Shown here: positions 48,151 to 58,441 of the stretch, in pieces | Position numbering within the stretch: the stretch's first letter is position 1 | Layout: every line of letters begins with the position of its first letter | Assembly: GCA_964524795.1 (NCBI GenBank) | Contig: CAZGEH010000002.1 | Location: 502,837-566,836, forward strand | DNA length: 64,000 bases | Reading direction: 5' to 3' | Source of the DNA: an uncultured Acidobacteriota bacterium | Lineage (GTDB): Bacteria; Acidobacteriota; UBA6911; RPQK01; JAPXNP01 | Notes under the pieces: generated by a model | Told to the model about the DNA's origin: nothing | Database searches by the model: none | The model's input: the letters and a program-made list of their open reading frames with translations, nothing else | Made by a program: the position numbers and the translations under genes

Positions 48151-49854
48151 TCAGTCGGTGAGGCGGATCTCCTGACCGGGATGGATCAGGGCTCCCGGAC
48201 GAAGATTGTTCCAGCGAAAGAGGTCAGCCAGCCTCAGGCCATAGGATCGGGCGATCTTGTACAGGGAATCCCCGGGGCGCACGACATGTCGGTCAGGGTT
48301 CGCGGCCCCGCCGTTGCGTGCCGCTGCCGAGGCCATCTGCCTGGGGTTTACCCCGCTTACCGGGATCAGGAGCTCCTGGCCGAGGCTCAGTCGGTGGATG
48401 TTGCGAAGATTGTTGGCATCCGCCACAGCTTCGATCGACACACCGTAGCGCCGGGCGATCGCGGACAATGTTTCCCCCCGGCCCACGCGGTGAGTCTGAA
48501 ACCGGAGTCGCTGGGAAGGTGGCAGGTCGGCGAGCTGGGCCAGCAGCTTGGCACCGGTGCCCGGCGGGACCCTCACCGCATAGGTGGCATCACCCGGGGT
48601 GACCCGGCGGACCAATGCCGGATTGAGATCTTCCAGCACGCCGTTCTCGATCTGAAGCAGTTCCGCCATCACGCCCAGGTCCACCTGATCGCTCACCGGC
48701 ACTTCTTCAAATTCCAACGGAGGGTCCGGAGTGACGTTGAACCCGTAACGCTCAGGGTTACGGTAGATAAAGATGGAGGCGATGATCGAAGGGACGTAGT
48801 TGCTGGTTTCCTTGGGTAGCAGGCGGCGGGACGCCATCGTCCAGTAATCCAGTTCCCCGTGGCGCTTCAGGACGCGCGCCACTCGGCCGGGTCCACTGTT
48901 GTACGCCGCCAGGGCCAGATACCAGTCGCCGAACTCGGCCTTCAGGTCTTTCAGATGGCGGGCGGCGCTGCGGGTCGCTTTCACCACGTCGAGCCGTTCA
49001 TCCACCCAGTAGTTGATTTTGAGATCGTACAGTCGGGCAGTACCTGCCATGAACTGCCAGATGCCTCTGGCCCGGGCCCTGGAGTAAGCCTTCGGCTTGA
49101 ACAGGCTCTCGGCATGAGCCATATACACGAGGTCCTGCGGTAACCCCTCCTCCCGGAATATCGCCTTGATCAGCGGCAGATAGCGGCCCGAACGCTGGAT
49201 GGCCTCTTCAGTCGCCTTCCTTCCCCGACCCTGGTAATAGTCCAGAAGCTTGACCACCTCATGGTTGACCACCACCGGGAAGTCGAAAGGAGTCTGTCGA
49301 AGGTCCTCGCTGACGAGGTATTCCAGCGCAGGGTCGACTTCGACGGTGTAGAAGTCGATGGCTGCCAGTTCGTCCAAAGGAGAAGAGAACTCCTCCAGCG
49401 GCAGGGGCGGCTCATCCAGGCCCACCTGCGCCAGGATGCGGATGCGCCGGATATCCTGCTCCAGCTCATGGTACTTCTGTTCCAGTTCAGGGTATTCCTC
49501 GAAGCTGTATCCGGCATTCCGGAGCAGCTCCAGGGCCTCGTCGAAGTAGATCCGTCCCAGCTCGTACTCACCCGACTCGAAATGGCTGCGGCCCCGCTCA
49601 AACACCGCCTGCGCGTCACTGATCAGAAAGGCCACGTTGGCCGCCCGGCTTTCCGGGCTTTCCTCGGGGGGCAACGGTGGTTGTTCCTCAGGAGGTCTCT
49701 GCTGGACCTGTTGACTCGCTTCCGCCGAGGGCTGCGGGGTTGTAACCCGCCGATCCGCTGTACAGCCTACCCCCAAACCCAACGCTGCCAACGCGGCAAT
49801 CCATTTTCTCAAATGCACGGGCACACTCCTCCCCCAGGGAGTTTCCTCGAGCAC
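48151..49854 (-). CDS. lytic murein transglycosylase D-like protein (SLT domain plus two LysM)
   Basis: SLT catalytic region (ESLFKPKAYSRARARGIWQFM, LAAYNSGPGRV). Two C-terminal LysM motifs. Lipoprotein-like N-terminus. Confidence 0.8.
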   Translation of the reverse strand: MLEETPWGRSVPVHLRKWIAALAALGLGVGCTADRRVTTPQPSAEASQQVQQRPPEEQPPLPPEESPESRAANVAFLISDAQAVFERGRSHFESGEYELGRIYFDEALELLRNAGYSFEEYPELEQKYHELEQDIRRIRILAQVGLDEPPLPLEEFSSPLDELAAIDFYTVEVDPALEYLVSEDLRQTPFDFPVVVNHEVVKLLDYYQGRGRKATEEAIQRSGRYLPLIKAIFREEGLPQDLVYMAHAESLFKPKAYSRARARGIWQFMAGTARLYDLKINYWVDERLDVVKATRSAARHLKDLKAEFGDWYLALAAYNSGPGRVARVLKRHGELDYWTMASRRLLPKETSNYVPSIIASIFIYRNPERYGFNVTPDPPLEFEEVPVSDQVDLGVMAELLQIENGVLEDLNPALVRRVTPGDATYAVRVPPGTGAKLLAQLADLPPSQRLRFQTHRVGRGETLSAIARRYGVSIEAVADANNLRNIHRLSLGQELLIPVSGVNPRQMASAAARNGGAANPDRHVVRPGDSLYKIARSYGLRLADLFRWNNLRPGALIHPGQEIRLTD

Positions 49855-49985
49855 AAGCCGGGATCCTGGCTTTGAGTCCCCAACACCGCCCTGATTCTAA
49901 GCTGATCCGCCCTTGCGACGCCACCCTCACGTTCGGCAACATACAAAGGGGGAGGGCGCAGCCGTGGGGATCTCGCCCTCCCGGC

Positions 49986-51668
49986 TCAGATCTCGCCGCG
50001 TCGGAACTGTTCGATCAGATGATCACAGGCCCGCACCGTGATGGCCATCATGGTCAGGGTCGGGTTCTGGCAGCCGGAACTGACAAAACAGGCGCCGTCG
50101 GTCACGAGCAGGTTGGGAACGTCGTGGGCGCGGTTCCAGCGGTCGAGCACCGAGGAGCGGGGATCATCACCCATGCGGGCTGTGCCCAGTTCATGGATTG
50201 CCATACCCGGCATCGCCGGCTGTCCATTAACCACAATGTTCCTGGCTCCTGCCGCTTCCAGCATCTCGGCGGCGGTGGCGGCAGCATCCTCCATCATGGC
50301 GTGTTCGTTGGGACCGTGCGTCATGTGGATATGGAGCGCCGGGATTCCCCAGGCATCCCGAAGCTGGGGGTCGATGGACACGTAGTTGTCCTCGCGGGGC
50401 AACGATTCCCCGAAACCCGACAACCGAATCCGGTAGACCCCTTCCTTGACTGCCCGCTTGTAGGAGGCGCCAAAGCCCTCCGCCTCGAAATGGAACTCCG
50501 GGCGCGCATGGCCCTGGAACCCGTAACCCCGGATGAACCTGCCGTGGGGACGGTCCCCGGGGAGGTTGCGAAACCGCACGATATAGATCCCGTTGGGGCG
50601 CATCGGCTCGGAAGCGGATTTACTGACCGGCAAATCGGGCAGTTCACCTGACGCTCCGGCACCCACGCAGTGATCCATCAAGAACTTGCCGAGCTTGCCG
50701 CTGGAATTCGCCAAGCCCTCAGGAAAATGGGCGTCCCTCGAGTTCAGGAGGATTCGGGTGGATTCCAGTGCCTGGGCGCACAGCACCACGGCCTTGCCCC
50801 GGACTTCATAGCTCTGATGGCTCACTCGGTGGATGTAAGTCACCCCGGTTGCCCGCGCTCCGGAGTGGTCGTTGTTGACCTTGACCACGATGGCGTCGGT
50901 AAATAGTTCGCAGTTTCCCGTGGCCAAGGCGTCCGCCACTGTTGTGAAGGGGCTGCTGAAGTAGGAAATCGTCATGCAGCCCCTTTCACAGGGTCCACAG
51001 TAGTGACAGGCTGCCCGCCCGTTGTGGTCGCGGGTCAGGACCGCCACCCGCCCGATGGTGACCGTTCTGCCGAAGCGCTCGCGAACCCGGTCCCGCAGCC
51101 GCAGTTCCCCGCAAGTCATGGCCATCGGCGGAAGGAACCGGCTGTCGGGTAGGGCTGGATGGCCTTCCGACTGCCCGCTGATGCCCACGTAGTCCTCGAC
51201 GATGTCGTAGTACGGCGCGAGATCGGCATACGAGATCGGCCAGTCTTCGCCGTAGCCGTCAAAAGAGGCGGCCTTGAGGTCGTAGTCGCTCAGACGATAG
51301 CTCTGGCGGCCCCACACCAGAGTGCGACCGCCCAGAATGCGCAGCCTTTGCCATGTGAAAGGCTTGCCCTCCGGCGTGCTGTATGGGTTGTCGATGTCGT
51401 CGACAAACCAGTCATAGTTGTATTCCATGCAGGCGTAACACATCTTCTGGACGGGACGCCGCTTGACGATCTCCGGTGAAAGGTTGCGGAAGTCCAGCTT
51501 GTAAGGGGGGATGTGCTCCGTAAACTCCGCCGGTGACACGCTGCGGCCGGCCTCCAGGAGGGCGACCTTCAGCCCGGCCTCCGACAGACGTTTGGCGGCC
51601 CAGCCGCCAGTCGCACCGGAGCCAACCACAACCGCGTCGTAAACTGCCTGGTGACGGTCTTGGGGCAT
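49986..51668 (-). CDS. GMC-family FAD-dependent oxidoreductase
   Basis: N-terminal FAD-binding DAVVVGSGATGG. GMC C-terminal substrate-binding domain. Confidence 0.85.
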   Translation of the reverse strand: MPQDRHQAVYDAVVVGSGATGGWAAKRLSEAGLKVALLEAGRSVSPAEFTEHIPPYKLDFRNLSPEIVKRRPVQKMCYACMEYNYDWFVDDIDNPYSTPEGKPFTWQRLRILGGRTLVWGRQSYRLSDYDLKAASFDGYGEDWPISYADLAPYYDIVEDYVGISGQSEGHPALPDSRFLPPMAMTCGELRLRDRVRERFGRTVTIGRVAVLTRDHNGRAACHYCGPCERGCMTISYFSSPFTTVADALATGNCELFTDAIVVKVNNDHSGARATGVTYIHRVSHQSYEVRGKAVVLCAQALESTRILLNSRDAHFPEGLANSSGKLGKFLMDHCVGAGASGELPDLPVSKSASEPMRPNGIYIVRFRNLPGDRPHGRFIRGYGFQGHARPEFHFEAEGFGASYKRAVKEGVYRIRLSGFGESLPREDNYVSIDPQLRDAWGIPALHIHMTHGPNEHAMMEDAAATAAEMLEAAGARNIVVNGQPAMPGMAIHELGTARMGDDPRSSVLDRWNRAHDVPNLLVTDGACFVSSGCQNPTLTMMAITVRACDHLIEQFRRGEI

Positions 51669-51688
51669 TTCGTTCTCCTTCGTGCGGC

Positions 51689-52282
51689 CTAGTGCTTTGG
51701 GGATTCCTGTTCACAGCCCAGGAAAGGACCGTGGCTGAACGCTTCGTCGAAACCCAGTTCGGCGAGTCCTTCCGGCGAGCTGTAGTAGGCCCGCGCGATC
51801 CAGTCTTTCAGTCGTGCAAACAGCGTGTGCCCCACGAACTCCGATCGGTTGGAGCCCCACGTCACCAGACGATGGGGGTAGGCCAGGTAAGTCAGCAGTT
51901 CCCGTTGCTGTTCCGTTTCCAGGTAGACGAAGGCGCGCCCGTAGCGTTCCTGGCTGAGGCCGTCGACAAACGCCAGGGCGCTGGTGAACTCGCGCTGAAC
52001 CGCGGGTGTTTCCGCGGCCAGCAGATGATCCAGGAAACGGTGGACCAGCGCTGATTTGGCACCGGGCGTTTCGGTTTCGGGGATAATCCATTCGCCCAGG
52101 CTCTCCAGCGTCCGACTCTGGTGCTCGCTCAAGAAGACGGGCGCCCAATCCGGCCGGCGCAGGCGGAGGGACGCGTCGTAATCGGGCGGAATCTCCCGCC
52201 CATGAACTGGGACTGCAGGCAGCGTCGCGGCGCCCAGAGCCACGATCGCTGAGCGGCGAATCAAATCGCGTCGTTTCAACAC
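51689..52282 (-). CDS. gluconate 2-dehydrogenase subunit-3-family protein (Tat-exported partner of the GMC enzyme)
   Basis: AGGAGG then a GTG/TTG start. Tat signal LKRRDLIRRSAIVALGAATL. Located immediately downstream of the GMC oxidoreductase on the same strand. Confidence 0.7.
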   Translation of the reverse strand: MLKRRDLIRRSAIVALGAATLPAVPVHGREIPPDYDASLRLRRPDWAPVFLSEHQSRTLESLGEWIIPETETPGAKSALVHRFLDHLLAAETPAVQREFTSALAFVDGLSQERYGRAFVYLETEQQRELLTYLAYPHRLVTWGSNRSEFVGHTLFARLKDWIARAYYSSPEGLAELGFDEAFSHGPFLGCEQESPKH

Positions 52283-52470
52283 ACACCTCCTGCGAAACTC
52301 GAAAAAAAACGGGGTCTTTGGCGACCAGCTTAACCATCGCCGGGGCAGCCGTCCAGCCCGGCGGCCGCCCAGGGAGAGCCCTCGCACACGCCTGCCGCCT
52401 CAGACCGCGGGTTGGCGGGCGCACCCGGCCGAGACGTGCTATCGTGAGACCGATCCATCCCGAGGTGAAC

Positions 52471-53397
52471 ATGGCCGAATGTGCAAGCTGCGGAGGGACT
52501 GGCTGGGTGCGGCAGGAGGTGGACGGATACCCGGCGGCTCGTCCCTGTCCACAATGCCGGCTCTCCCGCCGGACGGCACGCCGCCTGGAGGCGGCGAACA
52601 TCCCTCCCCGCTATGCTGACCGGGGTTTTGACCTCTATTCGACTCACCACCCCAGCCAGGAAGCGGCGCTGAAAAAGGCGGTGGACTACGTGGAAGCCTG
52701 GCCCCGCGTGGATCGGGGCCTCTTGTTGGCCGGGCCCTGCGGGGTGGGAAAGACCCACCTGGCGGTAGCCGTCCTCAAGACGCTGGTGGAGGAAAAGGGA
52801 GTGGCCGGGCGTTTCATCGACGAGAGCGAGCTGCTCCGCCGCCTGCAGTTCTCTTACGGCCCTGATTCACCGGATACCGAAAGGGAAGTGCTGCTGCCCC
52901 TGATGAATGTGGAACTGCTGGTGTGGGATGATCTGGGCACTGGGCGTCCCACCGACTGGGTGCGGGAAACCGTGGGGATGGTGCTCAACCACCGGTACAC
53001 CAACAAACGCCCCACCCTGATGACCACCAACTGGCCGCTACAGAGACGCCCGCAGGATCCCGGATCGGTTCAGACGCTGGAAGAGCGTGTCGGCGTGCGC
53101 TTGTACTCGCGGATCCTCGAAATGTGCGAGATCGTCCCCGTGGAGGGACCTGACGCACGGGCGCAGATTCACAAAGCAGGCCTCGATTTTCGGGCTCGCC
53201 GCCGGGCCGCCTGGTCGGTCCCCTCGGGCCTCGTTTCGTGCCCCCACTGCAGGTCGGTCCGGGTCACCGTCGACTCCCAGTCCACTCCACGCCGCAGCAC
53301 CGACGCCGTCCAGCTTGAATGCACCTGCACCGAATGCAGCCGGCGGTTCACAGCACGGTTCTTTCCCGCCACCGCCAAGGTGGAGTACTGCTCCTGA
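52471..53397 (+). CDS. DnaC/IstB-family AAA+ ATPase with N- and C-terminal zinc ribbons
   Basis: RBS GAGGTGA then ATG. CASCGG...CPQC. Walker A GPCGVGKTHLAVAV. Walker B LLVWDDLG. C-terminal CPHC...CTCTEC. No adjacent transposase, so not called as an IS21 istB. Confidence 0.6.
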   Translation: MAECASCGGTGWVRQEVDGYPAARPCPQCRLSRRTARRLEAANIPPRYADRGFDLYSTHHPSQEAALKKAVDYVEAWPRVDRGLLLAGPCGVGKTHLAVAVLKTLVEEKGVAGRFIDESELLRRLQFSYGPDSPDTEREVLLPLMNVELLVWDDLGTGRPTDWVRETVGMVLNHRYTNKRPTLMTTNWPLQRRPQDPGSVQTLEERVGVRLYSRILEMCEIVPVEGPDARAQIHKAGLDFRARRRAAWSVPSGLVSCPHCRSVRVTVDSQSTPRRSTDAVQLECTCTECSRRFTARFFPATAKVEYCS

Positions 53398-53400
53398 CCC

Positions 53401-54123
53401 TCACTTGCGGGGAGGTTTCGCCGGCCGCATCTCGATCCGGCTGGTCAAACAACGCGGATGCCGGGTGAGGGTTTCAACGACCACCTGGGCGACATCCGTC
53501 GCCGACAGCTTCCAACCCCCTTCCCCGGACGGTGGACTCCCACCGAACCACGTATCCACGCTGCCCGGCATGATGTAGGCCACCCGGATGTCGTCATAAC
53601 GAACCTCCTGCATCAGGGCTTCACTGAAACCGATCAGGCCGAACTTGGACGCGTTGTATGCAGCTCCACCCGGAAAAGCGTTCTTGCCGGCCAGACTGCC
53701 GATGTTGATGATGAATCCCCCGCCTCGCCGTTTCATCTCCGGCAGGGCGTAGCGGCAGGCATAGAACACACCGTCCAGGTTGGTCCCCAGGATCTCCCGC
53801 CAGCTCTCCGGCGACATCTCGGCAACATTCTCGAACCGGCCCACACCGGCGTTGTTGACCAGGATGTCCAGCCCGCCGAACTCTGCACAACAGGATTCGA
53901 TCAATGCCTTCACCTGGCGATGGTCCTGGACATCGGCTGCTTTACCGGCCGCCCGGCCCGCCGCGCCCATACGGTTGAGGCGCAGGACTTCCCGGTCGAT
54001 GTCACTCTGGTGCCGGGAACAGATCATGACGTGGGTACCCCTGCGCAGCAGCTCCTCCGCAATCGCCAGCCCGATCCCCTTGGTGGCTCCAGTGACGATT
54101 GCTACCTTGTCGCGCAAATCCAT
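53401..54123 (-). CDS. SDR-family oxidoreductase
   Basis: TGATKGIG Rossmann motif. NNAG. Catalytic YxxxK (YNASK). Confidence 0.85.
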   Translation of the reverse strand: MDLRDKVAIVTGATKGIGLAIAEELLRRGTHVMICSRHQSDIDREVLRLNRMGAAGRAAGKAADVQDHRQVKALIESCCAEFGGLDILVNNAGVGRFENVAEMSPESWREILGTNLDGVFYACRYALPEMKRRGGGFIINIGSLAGKNAFPGGAAYNASKFGLIGFSEALMQEVRYDDIRVAYIMPGSVDTWFGGSPPSGEGGWKLSATDVAQVVVETLTRHPRCLTSRIEMRPAKPPRK

Positions 54124-54229
54124 CTGACAGTCTCCTTTCCGTGGTGTGACGGGCACGCTCAGGGATTTGTCCCTATAATAGCGGCGCGGGAGCGCTTTGG
54201 GGGAGAAGAGGCTCCCGGAGGAGGATCAG

Positions 54230-55492
54230 ATGCTTTCTGTGCGCATGGTGCTTCTGCTCTGGGTCTGTTGGCTCGGCTGGACAGTCCCCCTGTCCGCCGC
54301 TCTCCAGGAGATCCCCGGAGGGACGGGCTTCAGCCCCGACTCGGTGTTGTTCGACTTCAGCGGTCTGGTGGCCGGCGCCCCCGCCCAGGACCTGCTGGCG
54401 AAATGGGGCATCCGGTTTGAGCAGTCGCCGGACGCCATCCCGGAGGTGGATCAGATCGTCCAGTTGGGGTTCGTGAACTCGTTCGTCGTCAACCGGCCTC
54501 CGGAAGGCGGGGACGCCACAAAACCGATGGTCATCACCTTCCGTTACCCCGCTCGCAAGGTGGCGTTCTTTCTGCGGGACACGAACCCCCAGGTCAATGT
54601 CAAGGCGTTCGACAACTTGGGCACGAACCTCGGCGAAGTGAATCTCGCCGCCACACACCAGGGGTCGGCGACTTTCGCAATTGGCACCGATGATCCAAAG
54701 GGAATCAGCAAACTCCTCATCACCTATGTACCCGATTCCCAGACGCCTCAGCTCCTGGTGGAAAGCGTCGACGACCTGAAGGTCGAGTTCATCTCCCGCC
54801 CGCAGTTCACGATCTACTTCGCCCAGGTGGGTGACGGTCCAATCCCGGGCGTGGGCAAGCTGCAAACTGCGTTTGTGGTCACCAATCTGTCTGGTTCCAC
54901 CGCCGTCGGCGAGATCCGCTTTTTCAGCAGCCAAGGCAACCCCCTCCAGGTCTCAGACGGGACGGCGACCGCCAGCAGCTTTCCCCTCAACCTCCCGCCC
55001 CGTGGTTCCTTCTCATTCACCACTGCCGGAACCGCCCAGCCAATAGCGGTCGGGTACGCGAAGGTGACAGCCAACGTCCCGGTGGACGGAACCGCCATCT
55101 TCCGGATCGTCAACAACTCCGGCGGCCTCATCAGCGAGGCGGGCGTCGGTGCAGCAGAAGGCCATCTGGTGAGTGTCGGCGCAGTGCAGAAGCTGAGTGC
55201 AGGCAACATCGACAGCGGCATCGCCGTCGTCAACGCCGGGACTGTGCGCTCCACCGCTTTTGTCCAGTTGATTGAGCCGTCCGGTCAGACTCGGGACACC
55301 AACTTCGGAGCGGTGCAGTTGGACCCTGGCACCCACAACGCACAGTTCCTGTCCCAGATGTTCTCCTCGCTCCAGAACCAGGACTTCACAGGTACCGTCC
55401 GGATTGTAAGCGACCAGCCGCTGGCGCTGGTTATCCTGAGGACCGCCGCCGGACTGGTTCAGTCCAGCCTGCCGGTCGGCAGTCTCGAGTGA
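54230..55492 (+). CDS. secreted protein carrying one a-b pair of the uncharacterised C-terminal tandem module
   Basis: GGAGGAGGA then ATG. Signal peptide MLSVRMVLLLWVCWLGWTVPLSAA. C-terminal half aligns to the modules of the 20550 protein (YFAQVGDG...VGYAKVTA...GTAIF / ISEAGVGAA...LDPGTHNAQFLSQMF...ILRT). Confidence 0.65.
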   Translation: MLSVRMVLLLWVCWLGWTVPLSAALQEIPGGTGFSPDSVLFDFSGLVAGAPAQDLLAKWGIRFEQSPDAIPEVDQIVQLGFVNSFVVNRPPEGGDATKPMVITFRYPARKVAFFLRDTNPQVNVKAFDNLGTNLGEVNLAATHQGSATFAIGTDDPKGISKLLITYVPDSQTPQLLVESVDDLKVEFISRPQFTIYFAQVGDGPIPGVGKLQTAFVVTNLSGSTAVGEIRFFSSQGNPLQVSDGTATASSFPLNLPPRGSFSFTTAGTAQPIAVGYAKVTANVPVDGTAIFRIVNNSGGLISEAGVGAAEGHLVSVGAVQKLSAGNIDSGIAVVNAGTVRSTAFVQLIEPSGQTRDTNFGAVQLDPGTHNAQFLSQMFSSLQNQDFTGTVRIVSDQPLALVILRTAAGLVQSSLPVGSLE

Positions 55493-55665
55493 GGAAGCGG
55501 GAGTCGGGAGACAGGAGTCGGCCTTGCTGGATTCAAGGGGCTAGTGCCCTGCCGGCCGCGCCCGGAGTCGCAAGGCCCCGGGGGCAAGTCCCTGGCTCTT
55601 CCGGATCGGGTGCTGTCTCCCGATTCCTGACTTGTGTCTCCCGGCTCGCTTCTCCTGCCCGGCCA

Positions 55666-56985
55666 TCAACTGACCAGATGCCGGACAACGAACAGCGCCG
55701 CGAAAACCCGGATCAGCCAGGGAACCTCCCGAAACCGCCCGGTCACAGCCTTCAATAGCGTGTAAGCGATGAAGCCGAAAGCGATTCCCTCGGTGATGCT
55801 GAACGTCAAGGGCATGATCACGATAGTGAGGAAAGCGGGGAATGCCTCCGAATAATCGTCCCAGTGGATCTCACGGATTCCGCTGAGCATGAAGCATCCC
55901 ACCACGATCAAGGCCGGTGAGATTACGGGGTACAGCCGAAGACCCTCTCCCCCGATGCCTCCTCCCACCGTTTGCAGGAGGGGAGAGAAGAAAAGGGCAA
56001 GCAGGAAGAGGCCGGCTGTGACCAGATTGGCCAAACCGGTGCGCGCGCCGCTGGCGACTCCCGCAGCGCTTTCCACATAGCTGGTCACCGTCGAGGTCCC
56101 CACCAGACTTCCGGCCACCGTTCCCAGGGCGTCCGCCAGCAGTGCCTGTCTGGCCCCGGGAAGGGTACCGTCGGGTCGCAGAAAACCAGCCTTCTGGGAA
56201 ACCCCAGTCAGGGTGCCGACGGTATCGAACAAGTCCAGGAAGAAGAAAACGAAGACCACGGCAATCATTTCGGGACGAAGGGCCCCGAGGAGGTCGAGTT
56301 CAAGGAATGTTGGCGCCAGGGAAGGAACCGGACCGATCAATCCGTGGTATTCCACCATACCGGTCGCCAGTGCAACCGCTGCATTCACCAGGATTCCCAG
56401 CAGCAAGGCGCCCTTGACTCCGCGGGCGAACAGGGACGCGGTAAGCACCAGGCCGAACAGGGAGAGCAGCGTGGGAGGAGATCCAAGCTGGCCCAGACTT
56501 ACCAGGGTGGCCGGGTGATCCACGACGATCCCGCTCCATTCCAGCCCCACCACCGCGATCATCAGACCAATGCCAACCGCGATTGCATGCTTCAGGTTGG
56601 TGGGCAGAGAGTGGATGATTTTCTCGCGAAACCCGACCGTGGAGAGCAAAACGAACAGAGCCCCGGACAGAAAGGTCGCCCCCAGCGCCTGCTGCCACGT
56701 AAACCCAAGCCCCAACACGACGGTGTAGGTGAAGAAGACGTTCGGCCCCATTCCCGGCGCCAGGGCGATCGGATAGTTGGCGAGGAAGGCCATGAAGAGC
56801 GTCGCCAAAGCCGACGCCAGACATGTCGCCACCATCACCGCCCCAACATCCATGCCGGCCGCACCCAGGATCAGAGGCTGCACGAAGATGATGTAGGCCA
56901 TGGTCATGAAGGTGGTCAGGCCTCCCACCACCTCTGTCCGAACCGACGATCCGGCGGCTCGAATCCCAAACCAGCGTTCCAGCAT
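55666..56985 (-). CDS. NCS2-family nucleobase permease (AzgA/PbuG-like guanine/hypoxanthine permease)
   Basis: Polytopic membrane protein with NCS2 motifs (GLTTFMTMAYIIFVQP, FLANYPIALAPGMG). Confidence 0.85.
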   Translation of the reverse strand: MLERWFGIRAAGSSVRTEVVGGLTTFMTMAYIIFVQPLILGAAGMDVGAVMVATCLASALATLFMAFLANYPIALAPGMGPNVFFTYTVVLGLGFTWQQALGATFLSGALFVLLSTVGFREKIIHSLPTNLKHAIAVGIGLMIAVVGLEWSGIVVDHPATLVSLGQLGSPPTLLSLFGLVLTASLFARGVKGALLLGILVNAAVALATGMVEYHGLIGPVPSLAPTFLELDLLGALRPEMIAVVFVFFFLDLFDTVGTLTGVSQKAGFLRPDGTLPGARQALLADALGTVAGSLVGTSTVTSYVESAAGVASGARTGLANLVTAGLFLLALFFSPLLQTVGGGIGGEGLRLYPVISPALIVVGCFMLSGIREIHWDDYSEAFPAFLTIVIMPLTFSITEGIAFGFIAYTLLKAVTGRFREVPWLIRVFAALFVVRHLVS

Positions 56986-57128
56986 GCGGCAGATCTTAGT
57001 ACAGGCGGTTGGCGCCCGCCTCCTCTGCTGGCACCGGACAATTCCCCGTTTTCAGGGCCCGCCGTTTTCCCCAGACATCCGAGACCTCCCGCCTTGCCGC
57101 CGGCAGCCGGCCCGGACAGAATGTGAGC

Positions 57129-58370
57129 ATGCAGACCACACTTACCCAGCTTGGTCCCGACTTCCGGGCGCGTCGAGCAGATTTCCCTTCCCTCACGAGG
57201 GAGGTCGGCGGCAGGCCCCTCGCGTATTTCGACGGTCCCGGAGGGAGCCAGCTCCCAGCGACGGTCATCGAGGCGGTGAGCGATTACTACCGGCGGTGTA
57301 ACGCCAACACTCACGGCGAGTTCATCACCAGCCGGGAATCCGACGAGATTCTCGCCCAGGCTCGCCGCCGCTGCGCTGACCTGTTGGGTGCCACCGGCCC
57401 CCACCAGATTTCGTTCGGAGCCAACATGACCACGCTGAACTTTGCGCTCAGCCAGGCCGTTCGCCGGGCTCTGCAGGCAGGGGATGAAATTCTGATCACC
57501 CAACTCGACCATGAAGCCAACCGGGGACCCTGGCTGAAGCTGAGGGAGCATGGGATCCGTGTCCGTGAAGTCTCCATCCGGAACGACGGCACGCTTGACT
57601 ACGAGGATTTCGAGCGCAAGCTGGCCGAGCGCACCCGTCTGGTGGCCGTGGGCTGGGCCTCCAACGCCCTGGGTACGGTCAACGACATCCGCCGAATTCG
57701 GGCCGCCACCCTGAAAGTGGGCGCGTGGCTGGTGGTGGATGCGGTCCATTACACCCCCCATTTCCCGGTTGATGTCGTCACTTTCGGATGCGACTTCCTG
57801 TTGTGCTCCGCGTACAAGTTCTACGGCCCTCACGTGGGCATTCTGTACAGCCGTCCCGGGCTGCTGGAGCAGTTCGAGACCGATCGACTGCGAACCCAAG
57901 ACCCCCGGGCCCCTTACCGAATCGAAACCGGAACACTGAATCACGCCGCCCTGGCAGGTGTTGCCGCCGCCGTGGACTACCTGGCCTCGCTCGGCTCGGG
58001 AGCGAGCCTGCGGGAACGTCTGGTCAGTGCCATGCATGCCATCAACCTCCACGAGGGAGCCTTGGCCCGGCGGCTCTTCCAAGGACTGCAGCAGATTTCA
58101 GGGGTACAACTTTTCGGCCCGCAATTCGACTCGCCCCGCGCCCCAACCATCGCCTTCCGGGTTGCCGGCCGACATCCGGCCCAGGTGGCCGAAGCGTTGG
58201 CCGCAGAGGGCATCTGCGTGTGGAACGGCGATTTCTACGCGGTCCGCCTGACCGAAATATTGGGTGTGGCAGACCAGGGGGGGCTGGTCAGGGCTGGCGT
58301 TTCGCTGTACACGACAGAGGAGGAAGTCGACCGCCTGCTGGCTGCGGTCAGCAAATTGGCAGGTTTTTGA
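57129..58370 (+). CDS. class-V aminotransferase-fold PLP enzyme (cysteine desulfurase-like)
   Basis: SufS/CsdA-like core (ITQLDHEANRGPW, PLP lysine region SAYKFYGPH, GTLNH). Confidence 0.8.
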   Translation: MQTTLTQLGPDFRARRADFPSLTREVGGRPLAYFDGPGGSQLPATVIEAVSDYYRRCNANTHGEFITSRESDEILAQARRRCADLLGATGPHQISFGANMTTLNFALSQAVRRALQAGDEILITQLDHEANRGPWLKLREHGIRVREVSIRNDGTLDYEDFERKLAERTRLVAVGWASNALGTVNDIRRIRAATLKVGAWLVVDAVHYTPHFPVDVVTFGCDFLLCSAYKFYGPHVGILYSRPGLLEQFETDRLRTQDPRAPYRIETGTLNHAALAGVAAAVDYLASLGSGASLRERLVSAMHAINLHEGALARRLFQGLQQISGVQLFGPQFDSPRAPTIAFRVAGRHPAQVAEALAAEGICVWNGDFYAVRLTEILGVADQGGLVRAGVSLYTTEEEVDRLLAAVSKLAGF

Positions 58371-58441
58371 GCGAAGTCGCTCCCCTGCCGGGATCCCGGA
58401 TCCCGGCGAGTCGAGTCTGGACATGACTGCAGTTTGGGCAT

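Noticed and set aside
52471-53397. IstB-like ATPase as part of an IS21 element
   Set aside because: No IstA transposase or inverted repeats are adjacent, and the protein carries DnaC/DnaI-type zinc ribbons. More likely a helicase-loader-family ATPase.
55972-57126. 384-aa plus-strand ORF antisense to the NCS2 permease
   Set aside because: Antisense high-GC artefact.
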